Assembly (NCBI GenBank): GCA_031378805.1
Contig: JANNEO010000002.1
Location: 1,170 to 65,169 of the forward strand
Direction of reading: 5' to 3'
From: Hyphomicrobiales bacterium
GTDB taxonomy: Bacteria > Pseudomonadota > Alphaproteobacteria > Rhizobiales > Beijerinckiaceae
DNA length: 64,000 nt
Numbering within the stretch: position 1 is the stretch's first letter; each line of letters starts with the position of its first letter. The notes under the pieces were generated by a model, which ran no database searches, was not told the DNA's origin, and saw nothing but the letters and a program-made list of their open reading frames with translations. The translations under genes and the position numbers were made by a program. This document shows, piece by piece, positions 1 to 9,260 of the stretch.

Positions 1-196
1 GTAGCTGCAACGCACGCATGGGCAATGTCACCAGATTCTGTTTGAAGGACCGCGCTTTAGAGCAAACGGGGCCAAGCTTCTACCCCTGTCTTGCCGCAGG
101 ACATCATGGTTAACAGCAGCTTTACCACATCCCTTAAACCTCCCTCAGCGAATTACCGGTACCCTCCGATCACACCTGCAAGACTGGAATACCGCC

Positions 197-1645
197 ATGA
201 ACACACCAGCCCCCACCGAAACACCCAAAGCAGCCATCGAACCCATTGATCAGCCCATGCTGGTCGCAGGCGTGGCCATGCTGGATACGGTCATCGTGAT
301 CATATCGGCTCTGATGGCTGCGTCCGTCCTGCCGGATACGACGGGAAGCATGATCTGGTCGCCCCTGCTGCTGGGCATGGCCATGTCCGGTGCCGTGCTG
401 TTCACCCTGCAGCGGTTCTGGGCCTACACGATCGCGGCGCTGGGCCACACAGTGCGCCAGTGCGCACGGGTCGCGGGCGGCTTGCTTGCCGCTTTTGGCG
501 GCCTTATCGGCCTTGTTTATCTCGGCGGGTTCGAGACAATGATCCCACGCCAGTTCCTGATGACGTGGTTCATGATCGCGTTCACTGTGATGGCAATCTC
601 GCGTGTCGCCATCGCCTGGCAGACCACGCGGTGGATGCATGAGGGACGCCTGACGCGCCGCGCCGTGATTGTTGGCGGTGGTCGCCCGGCGGAAGAGTTG
701 ATCAAGCAGCTGAGGCGTTCCAAAAGCGCGGGCATCAAGGTCTGCGGTGTCTTTGATGACAGGGCCAAGGACCGCTCGGAGAACCCGGTGGATCGCTACC
801 GCGTGCTGGGCACTTTCGAGGAAATGACCGATTTCTGCCGGGCCGAGGAGATCGATCTGCTGATCGTCACGCTGCCATCCTCGGCGGAAGAGCGCATCCT
901 GCATCTCATGAAGAAGCTATGGGTCCTGCCCATCGACGTGCGCATCAGTGCCCACCAGAGCAAGCTGCGACTGCGCCCCCGCGCTTACAGCTACATCGGT
1001 GATATCCCGTTCCTCGCGGTGTTCGACAAACCGCTTTCGGACTGGGGCTGGGCTGTGAAAGAGATCGAGGATCGCGTGATTGCCACCATCGCACTCATCC
1101 TGTTCTCGCCCGTGATGCTGGCTGTGGCCTGCGCAGTAAAATTCACCTCGAAGGGCCCGGTCTTCTTCAAGCAGAAACGCCACGGCTTCAACAACCAGCT
1201 TGTCGAGGTCTACAAGTTCCGCTCCATGTTCACCGATATGTGCGACGCCAGAGCATCGAAGCTGGTGACCAGGGATGACCCGCGCGTCACCCCCGTAGGC
1301 CGTTTCATTCGCAAGACCTCACTGGATGAACTGCCGCAACTCTTCAACGTGCTGAAGGGTGAGCTCTCGCTTGTGGGTCCGCGCCCCCATGCCACGGCCT
1401 GCAAGGCAGGCGAGCGGCTCTACAACGACGTCGTGGACGGCTATTACGCCCGCCACCGCATGAAGCCCGGCATCACGGGCCTGGCCCAGATCAACGGATG
1501 GCGCGGCGAGACGGACACGGAAGAGAAGCTCCAGCGCCGGGTGGAATTCGACATCCAGTACATCGACAGCTGGTCGATCTGGATGGACCTTTACATCCTT
1601 GCCATGACACCGGTGTCGCTGCTGAACACGAAAAATGCCTACTGA
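197..1645 (+). CDS. polyprenyl-phosphate glycosyl-1-phosphate transferase (bacterial sugar transferase family, exopolysaccharide/O-antigen priming enzyme)
   Basis: 482-aa ORF with an ATG start. It has N-terminal hydrophobic helices, a central VIVGGG nucleotide-binding-like segment, and the C-terminal conserved block DELPQLFNVLKGELSLVGPRPH...KPGITGLAQI typical of WbaP/ExoY-type transferases. Confidence 0.85.
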   Translation: MNTPAPTETPKAAIEPIDQPMLVAGVAMLDTVIVIISALMAASVLPDTTGSMIWSPLLLGMAMSGAVLFTLQRFWAYTIAALGHTVRQCARVAGGLLAAFGGLIGLVYLGGFETMIPRQFLMTWFMIAFTVMAISRVAIAWQTTRWMHEGRLTRRAVIVGGGRPAEELIKQLRRSKSAGIKVCGVFDDRAKDRSENPVDRYRVLGTFEEMTDFCRAEEIDLLIVTLPSSAEERILHLMKKLWVLPIDVRISAHQSKLRLRPRAYSYIGDIPFLAVFDKPLSDWGWAVKEIEDRVIATIALILFSPVMLAVACAVKFTSKGPVFFKQKRHGFNNQLVEVYKFRSMFTDMCDARASKLVTRDDPRVTPVGRFIRKTSLDELPQLFNVLKGELSLVGPRPHATACKAGERLYNDVVDGYYARHRMKPGITGLAQINGWRGETDTEEKLQRRVEFDIQYIDSWSIWMDLYILAMTPVSLLNTKNAY

Positions 1646-1733
1646 TTCAGGAACGCATATTGATCCTCGCCCGGCTCCATCATAAGGCAATGCGGGTGAG
1701 CCTGTTCTGACGCTCTCCCGCAAGGAGCAGCAC

Positions 1734-2441
1734 ATGACCGATGCCCGTGACCGCGTGATCGTAGCGCTTGATGTTCCCTCCATCCGGGATGCGGAGGCAT
1801 TGATCGAACAGCTTGGCGACAGCATCACCTTCTACAAGATCGGGATGGAACTGGCCTATATCGGCGGCATTCCACTGGGCGAACGCCTGATCCGGGCGGG
1901 CAAGAAGATCTTCTTCGACCTCAAGCTGCACGACATCCCCAACACGGTCGAACGCGCCACGGCGCAGATCGCGGGCACAGGCGCGACCTTCATGACAGTG
2001 CATGCCTATCCCCAGACGCTGGCTGCCGCAGCACTGGGCGCGAAAGGCTCCACGCTTGGCATTCTGGGTGTCAGCGTTCTCACATCGATGAGCGAGGATG
2101 ATGCGGCCCGCGCCGGTTACGGCATGGGCATCGCCGATCTCGTGCGCCGCAGGGCGCGGCAGGCGCAGGAGAACCATGCGGCTGGCCTGATCTGTTCGCC
2201 GCTGGAGATCGATTCCGTGCGCGAAACCGTGGGGCAAGCCCTGAAAATAGTCACGCCTGGCGTGCGCCCTGCGGGCTCCGCCACCGGCGACCAGAAGAGG
2301 GTGATGACGCCAGGTGACGCCATCCGGGCAGGCGCGGATCATCTCGTGGTCGGCAGGCCGATCACGCAGGCGGCAGATCCTGTCGCGGCAGCGAAGGCTG
2401 TGGTCGATGAGGTCTTTGCGGCAATCTCTTCCCTGAACTGA
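1734..2441 (+). CDS. pyrF: orotidine 5'-phosphate decarboxylase
   Basis: 235 aa. Motifs VIVALDV, FYKIGMEL and FFDLKLHDIPNTV. AGGAG-like RBS (caaggagc) upstream of the ATG. Confidence 0.9.
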   Translation: MTDARDRVIVALDVPSIRDAEALIEQLGDSITFYKIGMELAYIGGIPLGERLIRAGKKIFFDLKLHDIPNTVERATAQIAGTGATFMTVHAYPQTLAAAALGAKGSTLGILGVSVLTSMSEDDAARAGYGMGIADLVRRRARQAQENHAAGLICSPLEIDSVRETVGQALKIVTPGVRPAGSATGDQKRVMTPGDAIRAGADHLVVGRPITQAADPVAAAKAVVDEVFAAISSLN

Positions 2442-2479
2442 GCCGAGGAACTTGCAAGAGGATTCAATCTATGCTCAAT

Positions 2480-2496
2480 ACGTTATGATATAACAT
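2480..2496. promoter_or_regulatory. Zur-box-like palindrome (ACGTTAT-GAT-ATAACAT) 15 nt upstream of the 2511 start codon
   Basis: Inverted repeat GTTAT-N3-ATAAC, extended to 6/7 + 7/7 matches, read directly. It resembles the alphaproteobacterial Zur operator core ATGTTAT-N3-ATAACAT as I recall it. It sits in an AT-rich promoter region. Confidence 0.45.
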
Positions 2497-2510
2497 ACCA
2501 TAACGAGGAG

Positions 2511-3701
2511 ATGATGATGAAATTCCGCCTTGCCGCCGTCACGCTGGCGCTCGCGATCACATCCGCCCATGGAGCGGAGAAGGCCACCTTCCGGGCATTG
2601 GTCGCGGATCACGCCAATGGCAAGCTGACACTGATCGAGCTCCCCACGGGCAAGGCGATTGGCCACTACGGCGTCGAGGGTCCGGCGCGGCTGAAGCCGA
2701 ACGCAAACGGACGCATGATTTACATCACGCAAGGCCAGCAGGGCCGTATCAATGTCTTCGACAGTGGCATCAGCACCGTTTCGCACGGCGATCACTTCGA
2801 CGTTGAGGTGAAAGCACCACGTTTGCTTGATGCCACTTTCACAGGCGGCAAGCCGTCCCACGTGAACTACGGCTTTGGATCGGCAGCCTTCTTCTTCGAT
2901 GAGACTGGCACGGCCCAGATCGTCGAGGAGCGCGCAATCGCTGGCGGCAAGCCGAAAATTGCGACGATCAGGACAGCGTCGCCGCATCACGGACTGGCCG
3001 CACCATTGCGCAGCCACTTCGCCATGTCAGTACCGCATCCAACCGAAGCCAAGGGCGCGCCGGTGGGCATCGAGGTCGTCAAGCGGGACGGAACCTCCGT
3101 CGCAAAATCGTCCTACTGCCCAAGACTCCATGGCGAAGCCCGGCTCGATTCAGTCAGCGCCTATGGTTGCGCCGATGGCGTGCTGTTTTTGACTGAACAG
3201 AAAAGCAAATTCAGCTTCCAGAAAGTCACCTATCCGGACAACGTCCCGAAGGAGCGCATGGTCCGCAATCTCCTCGGCAGCCAGTCCGTCCGCTCCTTCC
3301 TTGGTGATTTCGGTGCAGATGGCATGGTGGTGATCGATCCTGTCACGAGAGGTTTCACATTCATCCAGCTACCATCGAGACGTATGTCGTTTGGCCGCGA
3401 TCCGCTGCTGGGCGAACTCGGCTTTGTCATGACCGAGGAAGGCCAGATCCATCGCATCAATGCCCTGACCGGCAAGCTGGAGCAGAGCTTGCCCGTGACG
3501 GAACCCTACAGCATGGAGGGCGGTTTTCAGGTAGCGAGGCCACGGGTATCAGCCAGCGGCGGCATGGTGGTGGTCACGGACCCGTCAAAGGGCAAGATTC
3601 ATATCATCGATGGCGAGGCCATGAAGCTTCTGAGGACGGTGGATGTCTCCGGTGCCCCCTTCGACGTGGCGGTTGTCGGCGCGGCTGATGCGGATCATTG
3701 A
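2511..3701 (+). CDS. secreted periplasmic protein, possibly an AztD-like zinc metallochaperone (beta-propeller)
   Basis: 396 aa with a signal peptide (MMMKFRLAAVTLALAITSAHG), a His-rich SHGDHFD segment and a repetitive beta-strand-like composition. GAGGAG RBS. The upstream Zur-like box supports zinc regulation. The family assignment is from memory only. Confidence 0.5.
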   Translation: MMMKFRLAAVTLALAITSAHGAEKATFRALVADHANGKLTLIELPTGKAIGHYGVEGPARLKPNANGRMIYITQGQQGRINVFDSGISTVSHGDHFDVEVKAPRLLDATFTGGKPSHVNYGFGSAAFFFDETGTAQIVEERAIAGGKPKIATIRTASPHHGLAAPLRSHFAMSVPHPTEAKGAPVGIEVVKRDGTSVAKSSYCPRLHGEARLDSVSAYGCADGVLFLTEQKSKFSFQKVTYPDNVPKERMVRNLLGSQSVRSFLGDFGADGMVVIDPVTRGFTFIQLPSRRMSFGRDPLLGELGFVMTEEGQIHRINALTGKLEQSLPVTEPYSMEGGFQVARPRVSASGGMVVVTDPSKGKIHIIDGEAMKLLRTVDVSGAPFDVAVVGAADADH

Positions 3702-3707
3702 AAATAG

Positions 3708-4202
3708 CTAAAGCGCTTTCTGCATCAGCATGAGATCAAGGGGCTGGCCGTATTTCCAGCCTATCCCTTGCAAGGTGCCACGTTCCTCGAAACCAAGCTT
3801 CGCATGCAGCGCTACAGAGGCGTCATTCGGCAGGCCGATGGCCGCCACCATGACGCGTTTTCCATTTGCTTTCGCATGCTCCATCAGGTGCTCCATCAAG
3901 GCCCGCGCGATGCCGCGCCCCTGCGCTCTCTCTGTCACGTAAACGGAGTTCTCGACCGTCCCGCCATACCCTTCGCCCGCGCGAAAATCGCCGTAGGATG
4001 CAAACCCCAGAAATCGACCGGAATCCTCTGCGATCAGAACGGGATAGCCCCTTGCCTGTCGCTCGCGGAACCACGCAGTCCGCTCTGCCATATCCGCTGT
4101 TTGATAGCGCCAGATCGATCTCGTATTGGCGATATGATGATTGTGCAGACCAAGGATGGCGGGAATGTCGGCATCCACTGCGTCACGGACCATGAAACTC
4201 AT
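3708..4202 (-). CDS. GNAT family N-acetyltransferase (phosphinothricin/MSO acetyltransferase-like)
   Basis: Motifs VYVTERAQGRGIARALMEHL and KLGFEERG. I chose the ATG at 4202, which forms an ATGA overlap with the upstream GNAT stop. The ORF track extends to a GTG at 4217. Confidence 0.8.
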   Translation of the reverse strand: MSFMVRDAVDADIPAILGLHNHHIANTRSIWRYQTADMAERTAWFRERQARGYPVLIAEDSGRFLGFASYGDFRAGEGYGGTVENSVYVTERAQGRGIARALMEHLMEHAKANGKRVMVAAIGLPNDASVALHAKLGFEERGTLQGIGWKYGQPLDLMLMQKAL

Positions 4203-4747
4203 GGTTTGCCCTTCCACACCGGCGTCGGGGCCAGCTGCTTGTAGAAGAACGTGGCAGCTTCAGGCCTTCCATCTGTCGCATAGGCGTAGCCCGGGATCGA
4301 GCCGATGGCGGTCCAGCCACAACGCCGGTACAGCCTGTCACCGGCGCTGCCTTCGCTGGTATCCAGCACAAGAGTGGTTTTCCCAGCCTTCAAGGCAGAC
4401 TCCTCGACTGCCGCCATCAGCAAGGCACCAATACCCTGCCGCCGCTGGGAGGAATGCACCAGCATCTTGGAAACATCCGCCCGGAAGGGCTGGTTAGGCT
4501 GTGGCGCGAACACGCACATCACGGTGCCAACCAGAACACCGCCCTGCTCTGCCGCCAGCCAGATGCGGTCTCCTAAGGCGAGTCCCGCAATCTGCTTGAT
4601 CCAATAGGCTTCGGCGTCTCCTGCCGTGAAACCGGCCATGAAATTGACCGACGCCCCATGCGCCACGGCATCCACCAGAAGCGTGGACAGGGCAGACAGC
4701 AGTCGATTCGCCCCGGCGGCATCAATGGAACGGATCGTGACACTCAT
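4199..4747 (-). CDS. GNAT family N-acetyltransferase
   Basis: Acetyl-CoA-binding motif HSSQRRQGIGALLMAAVEE. The internal ATG (MSVTIRSID) at 4747 forms an ATGA overlap with the stop of the upstream XRE gene. The ORF track start at 4840 lies inside that gene. Confidence 0.75.
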   Translation of the reverse strand: MSVTIRSIDAAGANRLLSALSTLLVDAVAHGASVNFMAGFTAGDAEAYWIKQIAGLALGDRIWLAAEQGGVLVGTVMCVFAPQPNQPFRADVSKMLVHSSQRRQGIGALLMAAVEESALKAGKTTLVLDTSEGSAGDRLYRRCGWTAIGSIPGYAYATDGRPEAATFFYKQLAPTPVWKGKP

Positions 4748-5343
4748 CGGCTGCCTCGCGCCAAGAGAACCGCATAACGGACATTCCAGACGGATTGATT
4801 CTGGAAACTGATGGGGCAGTCCAGCCGCATCTGCAGGCAATCACCTGCGCCCAGCACATGGGTAACACCATCGACGCTCATGCTGAGCTGCCCCTCGAAT
4901 ACCCATATGAGCTGCGTGAGATGCAGCGGCACCGCATTGTCATGTGTCACCTGCGCGCCAGGCGGCAGGGTAACATCCACGATATCGACCGGCGATGACA
5001 CGGGCGAGACATTGCGTCGGATGTACCCGGTGGCGGGATCGCGCCAGACACGACGCGAAGCGACACGCACCAGCATTCCCTCATCATCGCTCTCCCGGAA
5101 GAGTTGCGACAGTGTCACATCAAGCGCATTGGACAGCTTCGCCAGCAGCACAGCCGTGGGGCTGACATCACCACGCTCGATTTTCGATATCATCGCACGC
5201 GAAACGCCGGATTTTTCCGCCAGAGCATCAATGGTGAAGCCGCTGACGAGGCGCAGCGCCTTGACGCGCGAGGCGATTCTGGCATCGAAGTCCTGCCTGC
5301 CATCGAGACCACCAGTCTCTCTTGTCTCTTGATTTTTATCCAT
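4744..5343 (-). CDS. XRE-family transcriptional regulator with C-terminal cupin domain
   Basis: HTH_3 motif LAEKSGVSRAMISKIERGDVSPT, followed by a cupin-like C-terminal half. First gene of a three-gene minus-strand operon with the two GNAT genes. Confidence 0.85.
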   Translation of the reverse strand: MDKNQETRETGGLDGRQDFDARIASRVKALRLVSGFTIDALAEKSGVSRAMISKIERGDVSPTAVLLAKLSNALDVTLSQLFRESDDEGMLVRVASRRVWRDPATGYIRRNVSPVSSPVDIVDVTLPPGAQVTHDNAVPLHLTQLIWVFEGQLSMSVDGVTHVLGAGDCLQMRLDCPISFQNQSVWNVRYAVLLARGSR

Positions 5344-5381
5344 GATCAGAGAATAAATTCTATTATAGTAGAGTCAAGATC

Positions 5382-5705
5382 ATGTCCGATGAAAATCCAC
5401 CCCTTCCGCCCGATCACAACGGCGGGCCGCCCCTGGAAGACCCACCCGAGCATGTGCCGGAGTGGGGAGATGGCGATCCCAACGTCTATTTCCAGTGGAA
5501 ATACGCGCTGAAGCGCGCCCGCAAATCAGCTCCCCATGATATCGTGATGTTCCGCCTGTCACGCGCCGAAGCCGCTGGCGTGGATTATGAGACCTACGTG
5601 ACGGAATTGCTGGAGCGGGGCAACCGGTTGCAGGCCGGCGACAATCTCGAGCGATTGCGCAACCGCTGGAAAGCGCGTCCTGCGGTCAAGGTGAAGCCGC
5701 TGTAG
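5382..5705 (+). CDS. hypothetical protein (Pro/acidic N-terminus, basic C-terminus)
   Basis: 107-aa ORF with an ATG start, divergent from the XRE gene across 38 bp. I recognise no family. Confidence 0.45.
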   Translation: MSDENPPLPPDHNGGPPLEDPPEHVPEWGDGDPNVYFQWKYALKRARKSAPHDIVMFRLSRAEAAGVDYETYVTELLERGNRLQAGDNLERLRNRWKARPAVKVKPL

Positions 5706-5767
5706 CCACTGTTGACCCGGCGGGTCAGTCACCCTACCTCCAGTGGCGACACGAAAGAGCAGGTCTG

Positions 5768-6235
5768 ATGCGTTGCCCCTTCTGCGGCTCCCTCGAAACC
5801 CAGGTCAAGGACAGCCGCCCGGCGGATGACCACACCACCATCCGCCGCCGCCGTGTCTGCGATGCCTGTGGCGGGCGTTTCACCACATTCGAGCGTGTGC
5901 AATTGCGCGAGTTGACCGTCGTCAAGCGCTCGGGCCGCCGGGTGCCGTTCGAGCGCGACAAGCTGGCGCGCTCGGTTTCGGTCGCCTTGCGCAAGCGCGA
6001 TGTCGCGCCCGAGCGGCTGGAGCGCCTGATCAACGGCATCGTCAGCCAGCTCGAAAGCATGGGTGAAACCGAAGTCTCGTCCGAACAGGTGGGCGAGACC
6101 ATCATGGGCGCACTCAAGAACCTCGATCACGTGGCCTATGTGCGCTTCGCCTCGGTCTACCGGAACTTCAACGAGGCCAGCGATTTCGGCACCATTGTCA
6201 ATGAACTCAAGGACAAGGACGACGGGAAGAGGTAA
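5768..6235 (+). CDS. nrdR: transcriptional repressor NrdR
   Basis: Zinc ribbon CPFCG...[12 protein letters not shown], followed by an ATP-cone. 155 aa. Confidence 0.95.
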   Translation: MRCPFCGSLETQVKDSRPADDHTTIRRRRVCDACGGRFTTFERVQLRELTVVKRSGRRVPFERDKLARSVSVALRKRDVAPERLERLINGIVSQLESMGETEVSSEQVGETIMGALKNLDHVAYVRFASVYRNFNEASDFGTIVNELKDKDDGKR

Positions 6236-6243
6236 GAGAACAG

Positions 6244-6325
6244 ACCTCATCATGAGCCCGTCGAAGGATCATCCAGCAAGCACTGGAGCCGTGAACCGCG
6301 TCCTTCGACAGGCTCAGGATGAGGT
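6244..6325. repeat. palindromic intergenic repeat element (REP/RIME-like)
   Basis: The left arm acctcatcatgagcccgtcgaagga pairs with the right arm tccttcgacaggctcaggatgaggt at 23/25 positions. It shares the core tccttcga...ctcaggatgagg with the element at 40895-41017. Confidence 0.6.
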
Positions 6326-6404
6326 TCACTCCCTTGCCTCTCGGCCTCCTTCCCCCTAAATGGCCGCTCACGTGACCACCCGCGCTCTTTGAAAGACCCC
6401 GTCC

Positions 6405-6896
6405 ATGGCCGCTCCCAGCCGAACATTGACCGCGCAGACGCCCTTGCCCGGCGTGCGCATTCTGGTGGTGGAAGGCCGCTTCTACGATCACATCAATGAT
6501 GAACTGGTGGCTGGTGCGCGCGAAGCCGTGGAAGCCGCCGGGGGCACCGTGGACGTGATCACCGTGCCCGGCGCGCTTGAAATTCCCGCCGCGATCTGCA
6601 TCGCCATGGATGGCGCGGAAGCTTCCGGTACGCCTTACGACGGCGCTGTGGCGCTGGGGTGCGTGGTGCGTGGCGAAACCTATCATTTCGAGGTTGTCGC
6701 AGGCGAAAGCTCCCGCGCCCTGATGGACATGACCGTGGCTTACAAGCTCGCTCTGGGCAACGGCATCCTGACGGTCGAAAACGAGGAGCAGGCCGTCGCC
6801 CGTGCCTACCGCAACCAGATGAACAAGGGCGGTGACGCCGCCAACGCGGCTCTCGCGCTGATCCGGCTGAAGCGCAGCTATGGAGCAACGGCGTGA
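6405..6896 (+). CDS. ribH: 6,7-dimethyl-8-ribityllumazine synthase
   Basis: Motifs [17 protein letters not shown] and [14 protein letters not shown]. Confidence 0.9.
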   Translation: MAAPSRTLTAQTPLPGVRILVVEGRFYDHINDELVAGAREAVEAAGGTVDVITVPGALEIPAAICIAMDGAEASGTPYDGAVALGCVVRGETYHFEVVAGESSRALMDMTVAYKLALGNGILTVENEEQAVARAYRNQMNKGGDAANAALALIRLKRSYGATA

Positions 6897-7393
6897 CCGA
6901 CGCTACCAAACAACCAAAGCGCCCCCATGTCGGCCTCGGCGAACGCCGATCCGCCGCACGCCTTGCTGCTGTGCAGGCACTCTATCAGATGGACCTGACG
7001 GGCAAGGGACTGGACCTGATCATCCTGGAGTTCGAGCGCCACTGGATGGGCAAGGAAATCGAGGACGATCTCTACAAACCGGCGGATTCCACACTCTTCC
7101 GCCTCATCGTGCAGGGCGTGCTCGACCGCCAGAAGCGCATTGATCCCACCATCGACGAACTGCTCGCCAAGGGCTGGCCGCTGAAGCGCATCGAAACCCT
7201 CATGCGCGCCATACTGCGTGCCGGGGCGTGGGAGCTGATGATGACCCCGGAAGTGCCTGTGAAGGTCGTGATCTCGGAATATGTCGATATCGCCCGCGCC
7301 TTCTTCGAGAAGGAAGAAACCTCCATGGTCAATGCCGTACTCGACCGGCTGGCCCGCCAGGCAAGGCAGGGGGAACTGCCGGAGAAGGCGTGA
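6893..7393 (+). CDS. nusB: transcription antitermination factor NusB
   Basis: GTG start in a GTGA overlap with the ribH stop. Motifs [16 protein letters not shown] and [11 protein letters not shown]. Conserved ribH-nusB-thiL order. Confidence 0.9.
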   Translation: MTDATKQPKRPHVGLGERRSAARLAAVQALYQMDLTGKGLDLIILEFERHWMGKEIEDDLYKPADSTLFRLIVQGVLDRQKRIDPTIDELLAKGWPLKRIETLMRAILRAGAWELMMTPEVPVKVVISEYVDIARAFFEKEETSMVNAVLDRLARQARQGELPEKA

Positions 7394-8382
7394 TGCTGTC
7401 CGAATTCGACATCATTGCCCGCCATTTCGCGCCCATCGCCGGTGCAGGCGGGTTGCGGCTGCTGGACGATGCCGCCCTCATCAAGCCTCCCCGGGGGCAT
7501 GAACTGGTCATCACCACGGATGCGATCGTAGCGGGTGTGCATTTCTTCGCAGATGATCCGGCGGAAACGATCGCGCAAAAGGCGCTTGGCGTGAATCTCT
7601 CGGACCTCGCGGCGAAGGGGGCCGATCCGCTGGGCTTCGTCCTCAGCCTGATTTTGACAGCGCATACTGATGATGCATGGCTTGCTGCCTTTGCCACTGG
7701 CCTTGGCGCGATGGCTGGGCAAAACCATTGCCCGCTTCTGGGCGGCGATACGGTCATCTCCCCCGGCCCGCTCACACTCTCCATCACCGCCTTCGGTTCC
7801 GTTCCCGACGGTACGATGGTGAAACGCGGCCATGCCCAGCCCGGCGACAGGCTCTTCGTCACTGGCACCATCGGCGATGCCGCCATTGGCCTGAAAGCGC
7901 GGCTTGCAGCACGCTCCGGCCAGATCTGGCCACTGGCGGAAGATCATCTGGTCTTTCTGAACCAGCGTTATCTCGTGCCCCGCCCCCGCAATGCCATCGC
8001 AACTGCTCTGCGCCAGCACGCCCATGGAGCCATGGATATCTCCGACGGTTTTGCAGGCGATCTGACCAAGATGATCGGCCTTGATGGACTGGGCGCGGAC
8101 ATCCAACTGGACGAAGTGCCATACTCTGTCGCTGCAAGAGCCGCGATCCGGCATGATCCGGCCTTGCTGGATACCGCGCTGACCGGCGGCGATGACTACG
8201 AGGTGCTGGCTGCGGTTCCCGCGCACAAAACCAAATCGTTTGTGTCGGATTGTCTGGCCGTTGGTGTGCAGGTCACAGAGGTCGGTGTCGTTGGTGAAAA
8301 GGGACAACGCGTGCGGTTTCTCACCGGGAAGGAACAGGAAAAGATCTTTACAATGGCTTCCTATGTTCACGGCGCAAGTTAA
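7393..8382 (+). CDS. thiL: thiamine-monophosphate kinase
   Basis: The ATG at 7393 shares its A with the nusB TGA stop (TGATG, 1-nt overlap). Motifs EFDIIARHF, DDAALI and LVITTDAIVAGVHF. The ORF-track start at 7228 lies inside nusB. Confidence 0.9.
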   Translation: MLSEFDIIARHFAPIAGAGGLRLLDDAALIKPPRGHELVITTDAIVAGVHFFADDPAETIAQKALGVNLSDLAAKGADPLGFVLSLILTAHTDDAWLAAFATGLGAMAGQNHCPLLGGDTVISPGPLTLSITAFGSVPDGTMVKRGHAQPGDRLFVTGTIGDAAIGLKARLAARSGQIWPLAEDHLVFLNQRYLVPRPRNAIATALRQHAHGAMDISDGFAGDLTKMIGLDGLGADIQLDEVPYSVAARAAIRHDPALLDTALTGGDDYEVLAAVPAHKTKSFVSDCLAVGVQVTEVGVVGEKGQRVRFLTGKEQEKIFTMASYVHGAS

Positions 8383-8480
8383 ACCGTCATTTCCGGGGTT
8401 TGACAGCGAAGAACGGAAGGACAATAACCTTTCTGTAACCGCTCTGGACCAAGGTCGACAAACGGTTATCGGAGTAGGCG

Positions 8481-9095
8481 ATGAAGCTGCTGCAATTCAA
8501 GCTGGCACCGCTTTCGACAGACGAGAGCGCTTTTTCACGGCACGAAGATTTGACGTTGACCGGATGGGATGAAACCCTGCCAGCCGACGAACACGCGCAA
8601 TTCGCTATCCTCTGGCCAGAAACCAGCACCACATTCACACCGCCGGACTACGCGCCAGCTTTCTCCGAAACACCCCCTCCTGTCGTCCGGGAAGAACTTG
8701 TGCCGACGGAAAAAGCTGAAGGCAGGACTGTCCCGATCATCTGCGTGTTTCCATGGCTGAAGCCCGCAGAATCCCCCGAAGACCCGCACCAGCCGATTAC
8801 TTGCGTATTTCCACCACCGAAACCCGTGGAAGTCACAGAGCGACCGAACAAACCTTTTGTTTGTGTGTTTCCGGTGTTACAGCCTGTGGAAAGCCCGACC
8901 TCGGTGCCGGATGACGGCCTTTGGGGATCGACGCCCGAGTTTCCCTGCCAGTATCAGCCTACAGTTCGATTGAAGCCTGGTACGGCAGCAACGCCCGAAA
9001 CACCCGGGTCGCAGCCTCCGCTTGCTCCTCTCGTCTTTCCTGACTTTGTGCCGCCCGTGAATGCTGCTGACCCGCTTTTGGGCTGGGCCATCTGA
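8481..9095 (+). CDS. hypothetical Pro-rich protein with three tandem 20-aa Cys-containing repeats
   Basis: 204-aa ORF with a GGAG RBS 7 nt upstream. The repeats PIICVFPWLKPAESPEDPHQ / PITCVFPPPKPVEVTERPNK / PFVCVFPVLQPVESPTSVPD are encoded at 8733-8912. No signal peptide is visible. Confidence 0.5.
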   Translation: MKLLQFKLAPLSTDESAFSRHEDLTLTGWDETLPADEHAQFAILWPETSTTFTPPDYAPAFSETPPPVVREELVPTEKAEGRTVPIICVFPWLKPAESPEDPHQPITCVFPPPKPVEVTERPNKPFVCVFPVLQPVESPTSVPDDGLWGSTPEFPCQYQPTVRLKPGTAATPETPGSQPPLAPLVFPDFVPPVNAADPLLGWAI

Positions 9096-9260
9096 AAGCG
9101 GCAAGAGAGTTTACAATCCAACCCAAAGAGCCGTCGCGATGCGGTCTGAACGCACGTGAAAATTTCAGTGGTTTGATCGCGCCGGGACCGCTAGTGCAGC
9201 GCACAGCAGATTTATCCATAGCGCGGGCCGCTGTCGGCCCTTCATAAATACGGAACCATC

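Noticed and set aside
6236-6404. Possible FMN riboswitch upstream of ribH.
   Set aside because: I could not find the conserved FMN-element core helices or sequence. The spacer is instead occupied by a palindromic REP/RIME-like repeat.
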